Below are positions 63,791 to 64,000 of a stretch of DNA of 64,000 bases, piece by piece. The position numbers and the translations under genes were made by a program. The notes below the pieces were generated by a model, which saw only the letters and a program-made list of their open reading frames with translations, was not told where the DNA came from and did no database searches. Origin of the DNA: Lama glama (lineage: Eukaryota); assembly GCA_028534125.1 (NCBI GenBank), contig CM052816.1, forward strand, positions 49,106,001 through 49,170,000. Direction: 5' to 3'. Each line of letters opens with the position of its first letter. Position 1 is the stretch's first letter.

Positions 63791-64000
63791 AAAGTTAATG
63801 GAAGCCAAACATAGTGATGGTTGAAGTCAGCCATTCTTATACCAAAGAATTTATCTTAACTGCTAATCCCCAGCCCTCTGGGGAGCCGGAACAGAGAGGA
63901 CCTCTATGGTCTATTCTTTACCGCTTTATTGGAAAGAGACAATATGTGCTATTGTGTCTAGTTAAGTACAGGCAATTTATGAAGAGGATATCAAGCTCCA

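Noticed and set aside
1..64000. Prokaryotic-type systems (operons, CRISPR arrays, defence islands) or host protein-coding ORFs
   Set aside because: The sequence is mammalian and repeat-rich; the longest ORF is 153 aa; there are no regularly spaced repeats with spacers; recognisable ORFs are L1 ORF2 remnants

Overview
AT-rich, CpG-poor mammalian non-coding DNA, either intergenic or deep in a large intron. It is most likely from a camelid (camel, alpaca or vicuna): it carries two tRNA-derived SINEs with a GGGGAGGGTATAGCTCAAGTG-type head, resembling camelid Vic-1, and I saw no BovB/Bov-tA, PRE-1, Alu or B1/B2 elements. I cannot support any host protein-coding gene, RNA gene, CRISPR array or prokaryotic system. 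Every ORF in the track that I recognise is a remnant of LINE-1 ORF2; the rest look like chance frames. Roughly half the window is interspersed repeats: L1 of several ages, L2, MIR, MaLR/ERVL solo LTRs, and hAT and Tigger DNA transposons. The most notable structures are a four-level nested TE stack (24.4-26.2 kb), a 5'-inverted L1 with a large internal gap (46.3-47.4 kb) and two L1s fused head-to-head (59.1-61.1 kb). Also notable are a 48-bp orphan insert between 19-bp direct repeats (48.7 kb), a well-formed candidate 69-nt minus-strand exon (48.85 kb) and several TE-free, enhancer-like blocks. Repeat family names come from my recall of consensus sequences, not from a search, and boundaries of old elements are approximate. 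I did not find a convincing novel biological system.
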